Source: Candidatus Aenigmatarchaeota archaeon
GTDB lineage: Archaea > Aenigmatarchaeota > Aenigmatarchaeia > CG10238-14
Assembly (NCBI GenBank): GCA_018920365.1
Contig: JAHLMM010000001.1
Span: forward strand, 199,628-263,627
Length of the DNA stretch: 64,000 nt
Reading direction: 5' to 3'
Part shown: positions 18,396 through 29,245 of the stretch, piece after piece
Layout: each line of letters starts with the position of its first letter
How positions within the stretch are numbered: position 1 is the stretch's first letter
The notes under the pieces: generated by a model
Database searches by the model: none
What the model saw: the letters and a program-made list of their open reading frames with translations, nothing else
What the model was told of the DNA's origin: nothing
Position numbers and translations under genes: made by a program

Positions 18396-20651
18396 TTATT
18401 TTTTCAAAATTTTGTGTATTATTCCTTTTTCAGCTTCAGCAACTATATATCTTGTTTTGTCAACAACATCAGGATTCACTGACACACTTGTAATTCCCCA
18501 TTTAACGAGCTTTCTTGTCAATTCAGGATAAACACTTGGTGCTTGACCACAAATAGAACATGTGACTTTATATTTTTTACATGTTTTTACAATTCTTTCT
18601 AAAGACCATAAAACAGCAGGATCAAGTTCATTAAACCATCTTTGTCCAAGTATAGCTGAATCCCTATCAACACCTAAAACTAATTGTGTCAAATCATTGC
18701 TGCCTATAGAAACACCGTCTATACCTTTCTTGCAAAACTCTTCTATCAGAATAGCAGCTGATGGTACTTCGACCATTATCCATAATTTGAATTTTTTATC
18801 TTTGCTTAGACCAACTTTGTCAACAATCTTCTTTATTTCATCCAACTCCCACAATGTTCTTACAAATGGTATCATCAAATAGACGTTATCATATCCTTTG
18901 TCCCTTGCTTTTTTTATGGCTTTCAATTCCAACTCAAATGTTTCTGGCTCTATTATGTATCTTGAAGCACCTCTCCATCCAATCATCGGGTTGTTTTCAT
19001 GCGGCTCATATCTTTTTCCCCCTGCCAAATCAGCATATTCGTTTGTCTTGAAATCCAAAGCTCTGTAAACAATTGGTCTAGGATAGAATGCTTTGGCAAC
19101 TTTTTCAATTCCTTTAGCAAAAGTATTGATGAATAAATCGTCACCACCTCTTTTTATAAGAAGCTTTGGATGTTTGCCGACTTCAGATGCCATGAATTCA
19201 GCCCTCATCAAGCCAATACCATCACATTTCAGATCCTTGTATTTTTCAGCCATTTCAGGCTCTCCTAGATTCATGTAAACTTTTGTTTTAGTTTTTACGT
19301 ACTCGTATGTTTCTTGTTTCTTTTCAATATCGACTTTACCAAGATAAATCAAACCATTATAGCCATCTATTGTTACAGTATCACCATCTTTTAGTTTTTT
19401 TGTAGCATCTTTAGTTCCGACAACACAGACAACACCTAATTCTCTTGAGACAATAGCAGCATGTGATGTGCTTCCGCCTTCGTCAGTAATAATTCCAGCA
19501 GCCCTTTTCATGCCAGGGACATAGTCAGGATTTGTCATTTTTGTTACTAGTATATCACCTTGTTTTATTTTGTTCAATTCTTTTGGGGATTTTATTATTT
19601 TGACAACACCATAAGCTATCCCAGGCGATGCAGCTAGTCCTTGTAGCAATGGCTTTTCTTTGACAATTTTGGTTTCACCTTGTTTTTCATAAATTACAGT
19701 TATTGGCCTTGTTTGAACAAGATATGCTTTGTTCTTTTCAACTACCCATTCAAAATCTTGAGGTTTTTTATAATGTTTTTCTAATTTTAATGCCAGTTTA
19801 TATAGCTGTCTAAGCTCATCATTACTTAAAACTCTTTTATTTTGCATTTTTGCAGGGACTCTGAGAACTTTGATACCACCTTTTCTGTTAAGAACTCTCA
19901 TTTCCAATTTTTTCGCAATGTGTTTTTGTAAAACTTCACCTGTTTTTTTATCCAAAATGTATGTATCAGGTGTTACGGCACCAGAAACTACACTTTCACC
20001 TTGACCCCATGAACCTTCAATCATTATTTTGTTTCTATCTCCTGTAGAAGGATGAACAGTGAAACCTACTCCTGCTTTATCAGAATTTAGCTGCTTTTGA
20101 ACTGGTACAGCTATTAGAACTTTTTTATGATCAAACCCCTTGCTTACCCTATAAAATGTTGCTCTAGCAGTAAACAAAGATGCCCAACATTTTTTTACAG
20201 CTTTTATGACATTGTCTTTACCTTTAATGTTCAAAACTGTTAATTGTTGGCCAGCAAAAGAAGCATCTGGTAAATCTTCTGCAGTAGCAGAGCTTCTTGC
20301 AACAACAAATTCTTCTTTCACATTATATTGTTTTGACAACTTCTGGTAAGCGATCTCTATTTCATCTTCTATTTCTTTAGGCATTTTTGTCTTTTCAATT
20401 AACTCTCTTATTTTTTGTGTATTTTTTTGAAGCTCTTCACTATCATTAACATTAGTGTTTTTAAGTATCTCAAATATAGCTTCATCAATGTTTGTTTTTT
20501 CTAGAAAGTATTTGTAAGCATGTGAAGTTACAACAAATGCGTTTGGTACAGGAAGCTTCATATTATACATTTCTGCTAGATTAGCACCTTTACCGCCTGC
20601 TATTGGTATATCTCTTCTTGACATTTCATTCAAAAATTTTATAAATTTCAC
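18396..20651 (-). CDS. ppsA: Phosphoenolpyruvate synthase (pyruvate, water dikinase).
   Basis: N-terminal ATP-grasp region (GGKGANLAEM). The phosphohistidine domain contains GGSTSHAAIVSRELG. The C-terminus is a PEP-utilizing TIM barrel. The protein is 751 aa. Confidence 0.9.
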   Translation of the reverse strand: MKFIKFLNEMSRRDIPIAGGKGANLAEMYNMKLPVPNAFVVTSHAYKYFLEKTNIDEAIFEILKNTNVNDSEELQKNTQKIRELIEKTKMPKEIEDEIEIAYQKLSKQYNVKEEFVVARSSATAEDLPDASFAGQQLTVLNIKGKDNVIKAVKKCWASLFTARATFYRVSKGFDHKKVLIAVPVQKQLNSDKAGVGFTVHPSTGDRNKIMIEGSWGQGESVVSGAVTPDTYILDKKTGEVLQKHIAKKLEMRVLNRKGGIKVLRVPAKMQNKRVLSNDELRQLYKLALKLEKHYKKPQDFEWVVEKNKAYLVQTRPITVIYEKQGETKIVKEKPLLQGLAASPGIAYGVVKIIKSPKELNKIKQGDILVTKMTNPDYVPGMKRAAGIITDEGGSTSHAAIVSRELGVVCVVGTKDATKKLKDGDTVTIDGYNGLIYLGKVDIEKKQETYEYVKTKTKVYMNLGEPEMAEKYKDLKCDGIGLMRAEFMASEVGKHPKLLIKRGGDDLFINTFAKGIEKVAKAFYPRPIVYRALDFKTNEYADLAGGKRYEPHENNPMIGWRGASRYIIEPETFELELKAIKKARDKGYDNVYLMIPFVRTLWELDEIKKIVDKVGLSKDKKFKLWIMVEVPSAAILIEEFCKKGIDGVSIGSNDLTQLVLGVDRDSAILGQRWFNELDPAVLWSLERIVKTCKKYKVTCSICGQAPSVYPELTRKLVKWGITSVSVNPDVVDKTRYIVAEAEKGIIHKILKK

Positions 20652-20660
20652 AAAACCACC

Positions 20661-20870
20661 TCATAAAAGCTTGTAAGCATATTTTCCGTTTTTCTCTAAA
20701 ACTTCTATTTTACCTTCCCTTCCTAGCCAGCCAAGACCACTCATCACATCATCTCTTGTAAGTTTGCCCATTTTCATAATCTCTTGCATTGTTAATGGAT
20801 TATTTCTGTTTTTGTCAAGTAACTGCCAGACCTTTCCAGCGTTTACTCCAAATATTTCTTCTGGTTTCAT
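20661..20870 (-). CDS. Small winged-helix domain protein.
   Basis: A 69-aa protein whose wHTH-like pattern is LTMQEIMKMGKLTRDDVMSGLGWLGREGKI. Confidence 0.45.
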   Translation of the reverse strand: MKPEEIFGVNAGKVWQLLDKNRNNPLTMQEIMKMGKLTRDDVMSGLGWLGREGKIEVLEKNGKYAYKLL

Positions 20871-20957
20871 ATTATGAAATATTTATTTTCTTTTATTATA
20901 AAATTTCTCTATATACAATAGACATCGAATTTAATAAAGAAAAACGATATTCATATT

Positions 20958-21911
20958 ATGGACGTTTTATCTTTCGGCTCTATACTATCAGATATTTTGG
21001 TAAAGTCAAATACTGTTAAAAAAACAACAATAAAAGGCAAGGAGTATTTTTACGTGAAATATGGCTCAAAGATAGATGCTGATAAATTTGAAATTGCTTT
21101 TGGCGGTTCAGCACATAATGTAGCTTATGGCATAACATCTCTAGGAAGACGTTCAGGCATAATTGGGTGTGTAGGAAACGACGAGTTTGGTAAATCTATT
21201 GTAAAATCTCTTGAAATTGCAGGAGTAGACACAAATGGCATTCAGTATTCAAACAAACCTACAGGTAAATCTGTCGTTATTATAGGCGAAGATAACGAAA
21301 GGACTATACTTATTCACAGAGGAGCTAATGATTATATAGACCAGAAAAAAATATCAAAAGAATACATAAACTTATTCAAGTATTTTGTTTTTACTTCTGT
21401 TGTCAGTGATGACTCTATTAAAGCTTTGGATAAATCATTAAAGTATGCTTTACAGTCAAGTTTGACTGTTGTCGCAAATCCAAGCGCAAGCATGATTGTG
21501 AAAAGAAAGAAGGAGTTTATGGAATTTTTGAAGAGATCAAGGATAGCTATAATGAACGAGGAAGAGGCAAACATATTGACAAGAAAAAAAATACCAAAAT
21601 CTTTGGAAGAAATAAAAGAACTAGGTCCTGATACAGTTGTTGTAACAAGAGGAAGAAATGGGTGTGTAGCAATGCATGGAAAAAAATTATATGAACAAAA
21701 AGGTTTTAGAGTGAAAGTTTTAGATACAACAGGTGCAGGCGATGCATTTACAGCAGGTTTTCTAAATTCAATAATAAGAAAAGATTCAATAGAGTATGCT
21801 TTGAAATATGCTACTGTTTGTTCAGCTTTGAATGTAAAATCATTTGGAGCAGTAACTAATTTTCCGTCAGAAAACGATATAATGAAAATCATAGGTGATA
21901 AAAATGTTTGA
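20958..21911 (+). CDS. PfkB-family carbohydrate/nucleoside kinase (ribokinase fold).
   Basis: The GG motif (GGSAHNVAYG) and the anion-hole/ATP motif DTTGAGDAFTAGFL are both present. Confidence 0.8.
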   Translation: MDVLSFGSILSDILVKSNTVKKTTIKGKEYFYVKYGSKIDADKFEIAFGGSAHNVAYGITSLGRRSGIIGCVGNDEFGKSIVKSLEIAGVDTNGIQYSNKPTGKSVVIIGEDNERTILIHRGANDYIDQKKISKEYINLFKYFVFTSVVSDDSIKALDKSLKYALQSSLTVVANPSASMIVKRKKEFMEFLKRSRIAIMNEEEANILTRKKIPKSLEEIKELGPDTVVVTRGRNGCVAMHGKKLYEQKGFRVKVLDTTGAGDAFTAGFLNSIIRKDSIEYALKYATVCSALNVKSFGAVTNFPSENDIMKIIGDKNV

Positions 21912-22668
21912 CAAAAAGAAAGAAAGGATGAAAAAGATAATGAATGATAAAGCACTGTTGATTGCATTTGATCATGCAGTTGAACATGGACCAATAGCAT
22001 ATGAAAACATTGATTTACATCCAACTAGAATTTTAAAAATAGCTTTAGATGGCGGTGCAAACGGTATTATTTTGCACTCAGGTGCAGCAAAAATTGTTAA
22101 AGATTATATACCAAAAAATTTCGCTCTTGTGATAAAACTAACAGCTAGAACATCTCTTGTTAATGATAAAAATATGATTCAATCAATAGTTACAACAGTT
22201 GATGAAGCTGCAAAACTAGGTGCAGACGCAGTTGCATTTACAATTTATTTGGGAAGCGAAATGGAATACTATATGTTTGAACAGTTTTCTCAAGTCAAAA
22301 AAAGATGCATCGAGCTTGAATTACCTATAATTGGGTTTATGTATCCACGTTCACCGAAATACAAAAACAAATATGATGCTAAAGCAATAGAATACGCGGC
22401 AAGAGTTGGTGCTGAGATCGGTTGCGATATTGTAAAAACTTATTATACTGGAAATAAACAAACCTTTTCCAAAGTAATTAAAAATTGTTTTGTGCCTTTA
22501 TTGGTTGCTGGTGGTCCAGAGGCAAAGACAAAAGAAGAGTTTTTAACAAACATACAAGATGCTTTATCAGTAGGCGCTAGAGGGTTTGCACTTGGAAGGA
22601 ATATATGGTCTAGAGATGGTTCTGTAGAGTTGCTTAAACAAGTAAAAAGTGTTATGTCAAGGTTTTAG
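21895..22668 (+). CDS. fbaB: Archaeal class I fructose-bisphosphate aldolase (DhnA/FbaB family).
   Basis: The text ALLIAFDHAVEHGP…GANGIILHSG…LVIKLT…VAGGP fits the DhnA-type TIM-barrel aldolase pattern. The gene is adjacent to a PfkB kinase and ppsA. Confidence 0.7.
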   Translation: MIKMFDKKKERMKKIMNDKALLIAFDHAVEHGPIAYENIDLHPTRILKIALDGGANGIILHSGAAKIVKDYIPKNFALVIKLTARTSLVNDKNMIQSIVTTVDEAAKLGADAVAFTIYLGSEMEYYMFEQFSQVKKRCIELELPIIGFMYPRSPKYKNKYDAKAIEYAARVGAEIGCDIVKTYYTGNKQTFSKVIKNCFVPLLVAGGPEAKTKEEFLTNIQDALSVGARGFALGRNIWSRDGSVELLKQVKSVMSRF

Positions 22669-25297
22669 TATGAGTTCAAGAAATTGGTATATGATTTCAT
22701 CAGAAGAAACTATAAAAGAGTTAAAATCATCCAAAAAAGGTTTGACACAAGATGAAGTTTCAAAAAGACAATTAGTCTATAAAAAAAATATCATTTATGA
22801 AGAATACAAGATAAACGCACTGAAAATATTATTTAATCAAATTAAAAATTTTCTGGTTATATTGCTTTTCATAGCCGCAGGAATTTCTATAGCAATAGGT
22901 GAAATGATCGATTTTTATTTGATAACGGCATTCATAGTTATTATAGTTGTTATTGGTTTTTTACAAGAATACAAAGCGGAAAGCATAGTAAAACAGCTTA
23001 AAAAAATGACTTTGCCAAAAGTAAAAGTTTTGAGAAATGACATGCAAACAGAAATAAGTTCTGAAGACCTTGTACCAGGAGATATTATAATTCTACTTTC
23101 AGGAGATAAAGTTCCAGCTGACTGTAGAATAATAGAGTCTCATCATTTAGAAGTTGATGAATCTTTAATAACAGGCGAATCGGTTCCAGTTAAAAAAATT
23201 AGTGATTCTATAAAAAATGAAGCTCAACTTGCTGATAGAGTTAACATGCTTTTTTCTGGTTCAACAGTTACTCATGGTAGATGCATTGCAATAGTCACAG
23301 AAACAGGAAATAAAACGGAGATAGGCAGAATAGCTAGGATAGTAAGCCAAGAAGAAGAAAAAGCACCTTTAAGTAAAGAGATAGACATTTTGGGAAAGAA
23401 TCTAACGCTTCTATTGGTAGGTATATGTGTTCTAATATTTTTTGTCATAGTTTCGCAAGGAATGGATTTAAAATATGCCTTTCTTGCAGTCCTCGCACTT
23501 GCAATATCAACAGTACCTGAGAGTTTACCAATAATAATAACAGTTTCACTTGCAGTAGGTGCAAATACTATGGCTAAAAGAAAGGCGCTTGTAAGGAAAT
23601 TTGTTTCTATTGAAAGCCTAGCAAGTGTCGATGTCATTTGCTCAGATAAAACAGGTACATTAACAAGGAACGAGTTAACTGTAAGAGAAATATATACAAA
23701 TAAAACTTATCAAGTTACAGGAAGCGGATATGTCCCCGAAGGTAATTTTTTCTTGAATGGACAACAAATTGATCCATTAAAAGATGAAAGACTAACCATG
23801 TTAATAAAAGCTGGTGTTATATGTAATAATGCTGTTTTCAAAGATGACACAAAAAATTATTGGGTGATGGGCTCTCCTTTAGAAGGCGCCTTGTTAGTTT
23901 TAGCCAAAAAAGCAGGAGTTGAGATAGAAAAAAAAGATGAAAATATTGTTTTAGAGATACCATTTGATTCTCAAAGAAAAATGATGAGTGTAGTTTACAA
24001 AGATAAAGATACATTTGTTTTTTCTAAAGGCGCACCTGAGATTTTACTAGAAAAGTGTTTATATGATTATAATGGTAAGATGCTGTCAGAAAAAAAGAAA
24101 AAAGAATTATTGAAAGTATCAGGAGACATGGCTAAAAGAGGATTAAGAACACTAGCGATTGCATATAAAAAGACAGAAAAAACAAAAAACGCTGAATCCG
24201 GACTAATTTTTATAGGATTAGTTGGTATGATCGACCCACCTAGACAAGAAGCAAAGGAAGCATTAAAGAAATGTAAAGAAGCTGGAATTGATATTAAGAT
24301 AATAACAGGAGATCATGAATTGACTGCTTTATATGTTGCAAGAGAAGCTGGAATGAAAGTAAGCAAAGTCTTAAGTGGTAAAGACATAGATTCAATGACC
24401 TTTGAACAGCTTGTCAAAGTTGTTGATACCATTGACATATTTTCTCGAGTTACACCAGAACACAAAATAAAAATAGTAAAAGCTTTGAGAGAAAATGGCC
24501 ACAGAGTACTTTTTACAGGTGATGGTGTCAATGATGCACCAGCTATAAAAATGTCAGAAGTCGGAATTTCAATGGGAAGAGGAACAGAGGTTGCTAAGGA
24601 GGCAAGCGATATTATACTTGTTGAGGAAGATTTCAACACAATAATAAATGCAATAGAGGAAGGAAGAAGAGTTTATCAAAATATAAAGAATTCTGTTGTA
24701 TATTTAGTTTCTACATCAATTGCAGAGGTTTTTGTTATTCTTGCAAGCATATTGTCAGGTTTACCATTTCCATATACTGCTAAACAAATTTTATGGTTGA
24801 ACATAATAACAGAAGGTATACCAGCAACTGGGTTTGCATTTGAAAAGGGCGAAAAAACACTTTTAAAAGAAAAACCCAAAGACCCAAAAAAAGGATTCTT
24901 GAGTAATGATGTGATTTTAAGAATAGCAGGACTCGGTTTTGTTATATTCATAGGAGTATTTGCTCTTTATTACATTTTTGCAGCAAATGATATTCAAAAA
25001 GCTGTTGCTATAGCTTTTAATACAATGGTATGGTTTGAATTATTTAATGCAATAAATTGTAGATCAGAAAAAACATCAATTTTAAAGATGAAAATAAAGG
25101 ACAATATACCTTTTGTTGTTTTATTGAGTTTATCAATAATGATTCAGGCAATTTCTGTCAATAATGAAATTTTCAGGCAAATAATGGGGTTGCATCCTTT
25201 ATCATTCGGTGAATTTTTACTAACAATATCTATTCCATCATCAATAATACTTTTGGGTGAAATTAAAAGGGCAAAATATAATTACTTGCCTTTTTAA
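22649..25297 (+). CDS. Cation-transporting P-type ATPase (type II, Ca2+/Na+-type).
   Basis: TGES. DKTGTLT. TGDGVNDAPA. Ten predicted TM helices. PEGL-like SVPESLPII. The protein is 882 aa. Confidence 0.85.
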   Translation: MLCQGFSMSSRNWYMISSEETIKELKSSKKGLTQDEVSKRQLVYKKNIIYEEYKINALKILFNQIKNFLVILLFIAAGISIAIGEMIDFYLITAFIVIIVVIGFLQEYKAESIVKQLKKMTLPKVKVLRNDMQTEISSEDLVPGDIIILLSGDKVPADCRIIESHHLEVDESLITGESVPVKKISDSIKNEAQLADRVNMLFSGSTVTHGRCIAIVTETGNKTEIGRIARIVSQEEEKAPLSKEIDILGKNLTLLLVGICVLIFFVIVSQGMDLKYAFLAVLALAISTVPESLPIIITVSLAVGANTMAKRKALVRKFVSIESLASVDVICSDKTGTLTRNELTVREIYTNKTYQVTGSGYVPEGNFFLNGQQIDPLKDERLTMLIKAGVICNNAVFKDDTKNYWVMGSPLEGALLVLAKKAGVEIEKKDENIVLEIPFDSQRKMMSVVYKDKDTFVFSKGAPEILLEKCLYDYNGKMLSEKKKKELLKVSGDMAKRGLRTLAIAYKKTEKTKNAESGLIFIGLVGMIDPPRQEAKEALKKCKEAGIDIKIITGDHELTALYVAREAGMKVSKVLSGKDIDSMTFEQLVKVVDTIDIFSRVTPEHKIKIVKALRENGHRVLFTGDGVNDAPAIKMSEVGISMGRGTEVAKEASDIILVEEDFNTIINAIEEGRRVYQNIKNSVVYLVSTSIAEVFVILASILSGLPFPYTAKQILWLNIITEGIPATGFAFEKGEKTLLKEKPKDPKKGFLSNDVILRIAGLGFVIFIGVFALYYIFAANDIQKAVAIAFNTMVWFELFNAINCRSEKTSILKMKIKDNIPFVVLLSLSIMIQAISVNNEIFRQIMGLHPLSFGEFLLTISIPSSIILLGEIKRAKYNYLPF

Positions 25298-25331
25298 ATT
25301 TAGATTTGAATAACTATTATTTTATTGAATT

Positions 25332-27845
25332 TTGATGGTTGAAATGACAAGAATAACTAGGTTGAGCCTGCAAGGGTTTAAATCATTTAGAAAAAGAGTA
25401 TCAATACCGTTTTTTCCAGGTTTAATAGTCATAGCAGGACCAAACGGTTCTGGAAAGACAAATATACTTGATGCAATTTGTTTTGCCCTTGGAAGAAGTT
25501 CTATAAAATCTTTAAGGGCAGAAAGATTACATGATTTAATATATCATGGAAACAAAAAATTTCCGCCAGCAGACTATGCTTCTGTTACAATGTGGTTTGA
25601 TAACAGCCAAAAAATATTTCCATTTGAAGAAAATGAAATTTCAATAACAAGAAAAGTAAACAAAGCTGGAATGAGTCTTTTTAAAATAAACGGAAAAACA
25701 ACAACACGAGAGAAAATATTAGAGGTTCTTTCAGCAGCAAGGATTCATCCAGATGGTTTTAATATAATAATGCAGGGCGACGTTAATCAAGTTATTGAAA
25801 TGACGCCTGAAGAAAGAAGGTTTATAATAGATGATATATCTGGCATAAGTCAATATAACGATAAAAAAGAAAAGGCAAAAGCAAACTTGGATAAAGTAGA
25901 GCAAAAATTAAGAGAAGTAGAAATAGTCATATCAGAAAGAATGCAGAGACTTGTAGAGCTTGAGCATGATAGGAACATTGCTTTAAGATATAAAGATCTG
26001 CAGAAAAATTTAGAGGTTTTGAAAGCTTCATTAGCCCACCAAAAATATGTTTATCTTTTAAATGATTACAAAAAAACAGATACTGAAGTTTCTGATGTTG
26101 ATGTTGAGATAAGACAAATTGAAGATGAAATTAAAAGAATTGAGAAAGATTTGGAATTAGCTGAGAAAAGAAAGGAAGAAATAGCAAATAAAATGTTTGT
26201 CAGATCAAAAGATAGTAGCATAAGAAGTGAAATTGAAGAGTTGAGAACAAGAATTGCAAGAAATGAAACACGTATAGATTCAAACATAAGAGAAATGGAT
26301 AGAATAAATTCAATGATACAAAAACTGGATGCAATAAAACTTGAAAGGAGAGGTTTTAGTAGAGGTGTACAAGCAATTCTAGATTTAAACAGAAAAGGTG
26401 TTTATGGTGTAATAAGTAATTTAATACAAGTTCCATCAGAATATGAAATAGCTGTTGAAGTTGCAGGCGGTCAAAGGTTACAAAACATTGTTGTTGAAGA
26501 CACGCTTGTTGCAACAGAATGCATAAATTATTTGAAAAGAGAGAAAATAGGCAGAGCTACATTTTTACCTTTAAACAAAATAAAATCCAAAAAACTTTCA
26601 CCAGAACAAAGACAGTTACTGAAAAAACCAGGCGTTATAGGCTTGATAACAGATGTTATAGATTTCGATAGAAAGTTTATTTCTGCCATAGAACATGTTT
26701 TTGGTGATACAATTATAGTTGAAAATTTAGGTGTTGCGAGAGATATAGGGATAGGTTCTATAAGAATGGTTACTTTGGATGGAGATTTGATTGAAACAAG
26801 CGGTGCAATGATAGGCGGGTTTTATGAGAAAAAAGAATTGTTAGGCCCAGAAAAAGAAATAAGCGAGTATATGCAGGCTAAAAAAGATCTAGCTGAAGAA
26901 ATAAACTTTTTGAGAGTTGAAATAGATCAAATAAACAAAAAAATTGACGAACTTAAGAGTATTGAAGAAAAAGAAAACAAAGAAATAAGTGGTTTAGATG
27001 AAGAAAGAATAAAAATAGATCAAGATATAGAAGAGTTGAAAGATAAAAGAAAAGAATTGTATGAACAAAGAATTGTTTTGCAAAATAAAATTAATAGAAC
27101 AAAAATTAAAGCAGCAAAGCTTGAAGCAGAGCTTGATAATCTTAAGCTTGAAGCAGAAAGGTATGGTGACGTTGATTTTATTGACGAGAAGCCAGAAATA
27201 CTTGAAATGAGGATACAAGATCAAACTAGAGAATTAAATTCTTTAGGCTTGGTTAATTTAAAGGCAATAGAGGAATATGATGCTTACAAAATAGAGTTTG
27301 ACGAGCTGAAAGCAAAATATGACAAAATAAATGAAGAAAAACAATCAATACTTGAAATGATAGAAAAAATTGAAGAAAAGAGGAAACAGGTTTTTTACGA
27401 AACTTTGGCTGGTGTTAGTGAAAATTTTCAAAAAGTTTTCAAGGAAATAACAGGTGGTGATGCTTCTTTAGATTTGGAAGACCCATTGAACATAGAAAGC
27501 GGATTGATTATAAGAGCAAATCCTACAGGCAAAGCTATTTTGAATATCGATGCAATGTCTGGCGGTGAAAAATCTGTAACAGCATTGGCATTTCTTTTTG
27601 CTGTTCAAATGTACAAACCAGCGCCTTTCTATATACTTGACGAAATAGACGCATTTTTGGATAAAATTAACACAAAAAAAATAATTGATATGATAAAAAA
27701 ACTTTCTAGTAAAGATCAATTTATCGTCATTTCTCACAATGATTATACAGTCAAACAAGCAGACAAAGTTTATGGCGTTGCTATGGAAGATGGTGAATCA
27801 AAAATTTTAGGTTTGGAGATGCCAAATGCAAGCGAAGATGAATGA
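25332..27845 (+). CDS. smc: SMC-family chromosome segregation ATPase, short form (837 aa) with hinge.
   Basis: Walker A is GPNGSGKTNILDAI. There are long coiled coils. The hinge motif is GVYGVISNLIQVP…GRATFLPLNKI. The C-terminal signature LSGGEKSVTALAFLFAV with Walker B (FYILDEIDAFLD) is present. Confidence 0.8.
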   Translation: MMVEMTRITRLSLQGFKSFRKRVSIPFFPGLIVIAGPNGSGKTNILDAICFALGRSSIKSLRAERLHDLIYHGNKKFPPADYASVTMWFDNSQKIFPFEENEISITRKVNKAGMSLFKINGKTTTREKILEVLSAARIHPDGFNIIMQGDVNQVIEMTPEERRFIIDDISGISQYNDKKEKAKANLDKVEQKLREVEIVISERMQRLVELEHDRNIALRYKDLQKNLEVLKASLAHQKYVYLLNDYKKTDTEVSDVDVEIRQIEDEIKRIEKDLELAEKRKEEIANKMFVRSKDSSIRSEIEELRTRIARNETRIDSNIREMDRINSMIQKLDAIKLERRGFSRGVQAILDLNRKGVYGVISNLIQVPSEYEIAVEVAGGQRLQNIVVEDTLVATECINYLKREKIGRATFLPLNKIKSKKLSPEQRQLLKKPGVIGLITDVIDFDRKFISAIEHVFGDTIIVENLGVARDIGIGSIRMVTLDGDLIETSGAMIGGFYEKKELLGPEKEISEYMQAKKDLAEEINFLRVEIDQINKKIDELKSIEEKENKEISGLDEERIKIDQDIEELKDKRKELYEQRIVLQNKINRTKIKAAKLEAELDNLKLEAERYGDVDFIDEKPEILEMRIQDQTRELNSLGLVNLKAIEEYDAYKIEFDELKAKYDKINEEKQSILEMIEKIEEKRKQVFYETLAGVSENFQKVFKEITGGDASLDLEDPLNIESGLIIRANPTGKAILNIDAMSGGEKSVTALAFLFAVQMYKPAPFYILDEIDAFLDKINTKKIIDMIKKLSSKDQFIVISHNDYTVKQADKVYGVAMEDGESKILGLEMPNASEDE

Positions 27846-28539
27846 ACAAGATATTTTAAAATCAGTTATAGAAACAGAATCATGGGAAGATGTAATTTAT
27901 AATATAGTTAGTCTTGAAGGTTTGGATCCATGGGATATTGATATAGTAAAGCTTGCTGACTCTTTTTTAAAATATATAGAAGACATAAAAACTCTAGATT
28001 TCAGAATACCTGCAAAAATAGTTTTTGTTGCGGCTATATTGCTCAAGCTTAAAACAGATACATTATTTCCTAAAGAAAAAGAAGAAAAAGTTGAAATACC
28101 CCAGATAGACGAGGATGAGTTTAAAGAAATTAAAGCAAGGCTAGATCAAATAAAGTTGTCACCGCCAATAGAAAGAATGCCAACAAGAACTGTTACATTA
28201 GAAGAACTTGTAGATGCCTTAAGGAAAGCTATGAGGGTTAAAGAAAGAAAAGAGTATAGAAAACATGCTTTGGGGAAAAAAGTTGCTAACAATATAAATC
28301 TGAATGAGGAGGATATAGAAGTAAGAATAAATAGTTTGCTCAGAGAGATAGATGATTTGATTAAAATAATGAAAAAAGATAAAATTGAATTTTCTAAAAT
28401 TGTTGAAAAATGGACGAGAGATGAAATAATCAAACATTTTTTACCATTACTTTATCTTGCAAATAGAGGAGAGATTATTGCTGAACAAGAAGATTTTTTC
28501 AAAGAAATATTTATTAGCAAAAAATTAAATTTTCAATAA
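27826..28539 (+). CDS. scpA: Segregation and condensation protein A (kleisin).
   Basis: The N-terminal pattern EGLDPWDIDIVKLADSFLKYIE is typical of ScpA. The gene overlaps the smc stop. Confidence 0.75.
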   Translation: MQAKMNEQDILKSVIETESWEDVIYNIVSLEGLDPWDIDIVKLADSFLKYIEDIKTLDFRIPAKIVFVAAILLKLKTDTLFPKEKEEKVEIPQIDEDEFKEIKARLDQIKLSPPIERMPTRTVTLEELVDALRKAMRVKERKEYRKHALGKKVANNINLNEEDIEVRINSLLREIDDLIKIMKKDKIEFSKIVEKWTRDEIIKHFLPLLYLANRGEIIAEQEDFFKEIFISKKLNFQ

Positions 28540-29064
28540 AATGTTTTCCGCCATTCTTTCAATATAGCTTTTTGCGGATTCAGAACCTCTAGAGGTTATG
28601 TGAATTAAATAATGGCCTTTGCAAATCCATAAATGATAGAAATAAACTCCAGGTGGATTAAATTCAGCACCGTAATCGTCATCACTATTAACTCTAAATC
28701 TACTTTTATCACCAAATGTATTTTCGCTTATTAAACCTTTTGATCCAAAAAGATGTGATGAATCATATTGATAAGCCTGATTCAAGTCATTAACATTAGA
28801 GAATTTTTTAAATTCAACCCAAATCCATGTATCTGACAATTCATTAACAGTGTAATTACAAAAACCATACTCTTCTAATGGAGAATATTGATCTGTTTTA
28901 TATTTCTCCAGAACGCAATTTCCAGATTTTGATAGTTTGAGATTTTGCAAGTCTTGCTCATTAAAAAATATTTTTTCAGAGTTTGGCTTGAAAAGCATAT
29001 TTTGAGCTAAAAATAAACCAATAATTAAAATTGCTATTATTGAAACTGCTATAATTATTTTCAT
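28525..29064 (-). CDS. Secreted or membrane-anchored hypothetical protein.
   Basis: N-terminal TM/signal (IIIAVSIIAILIIGLFLA). No known motif was recognised. Confidence 0.4.
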   Translation of the reverse strand: MKIIIAVSIIAILIIGLFLAQNMLFKPNSEKIFFNEQDLQNLKLSKSGNCVLEKYKTDQYSPLEEYGFCNYTVNELSDTWIWVEFKKFSNVNDLNQAYQYDSSHLFGSKGLISENTFGDKSRFRVNSDDDYGAEFNPPGVYFYHLWICKGHYLIHITSRGSESAKSYIERMAENILLKI

Positions 29065-29245
29065 ATTAATTATATGTTTAATTTAAATATTAAATTTGTT
29101 TCTGTGTACAAGTTTATAAATTACAGTACTTTTGATTAAGTTTTGAATGCTTTGAAAAACAAAGCTTTAAATATGTTACTCTGCTATTATAGAGAGTTAA
29201 TTAGAGTAGTTATAACATAACTAATTCTATTTTAAAGGTGATTTA

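Noticed and set aside
18562-19278. Plus-strand ORFs inside ppsA (18562–18882, 18854–19051, 19093–19278).
   Set aside because: They are antisense to PpsA with no motif content. They are shadow ORFs.
21332-22024. 230-aa minus-strand ORF spanning the pfkB/fba junction.
   Set aside because: It is antisense to two motif-supported metabolic genes. The translation is low-complexity.
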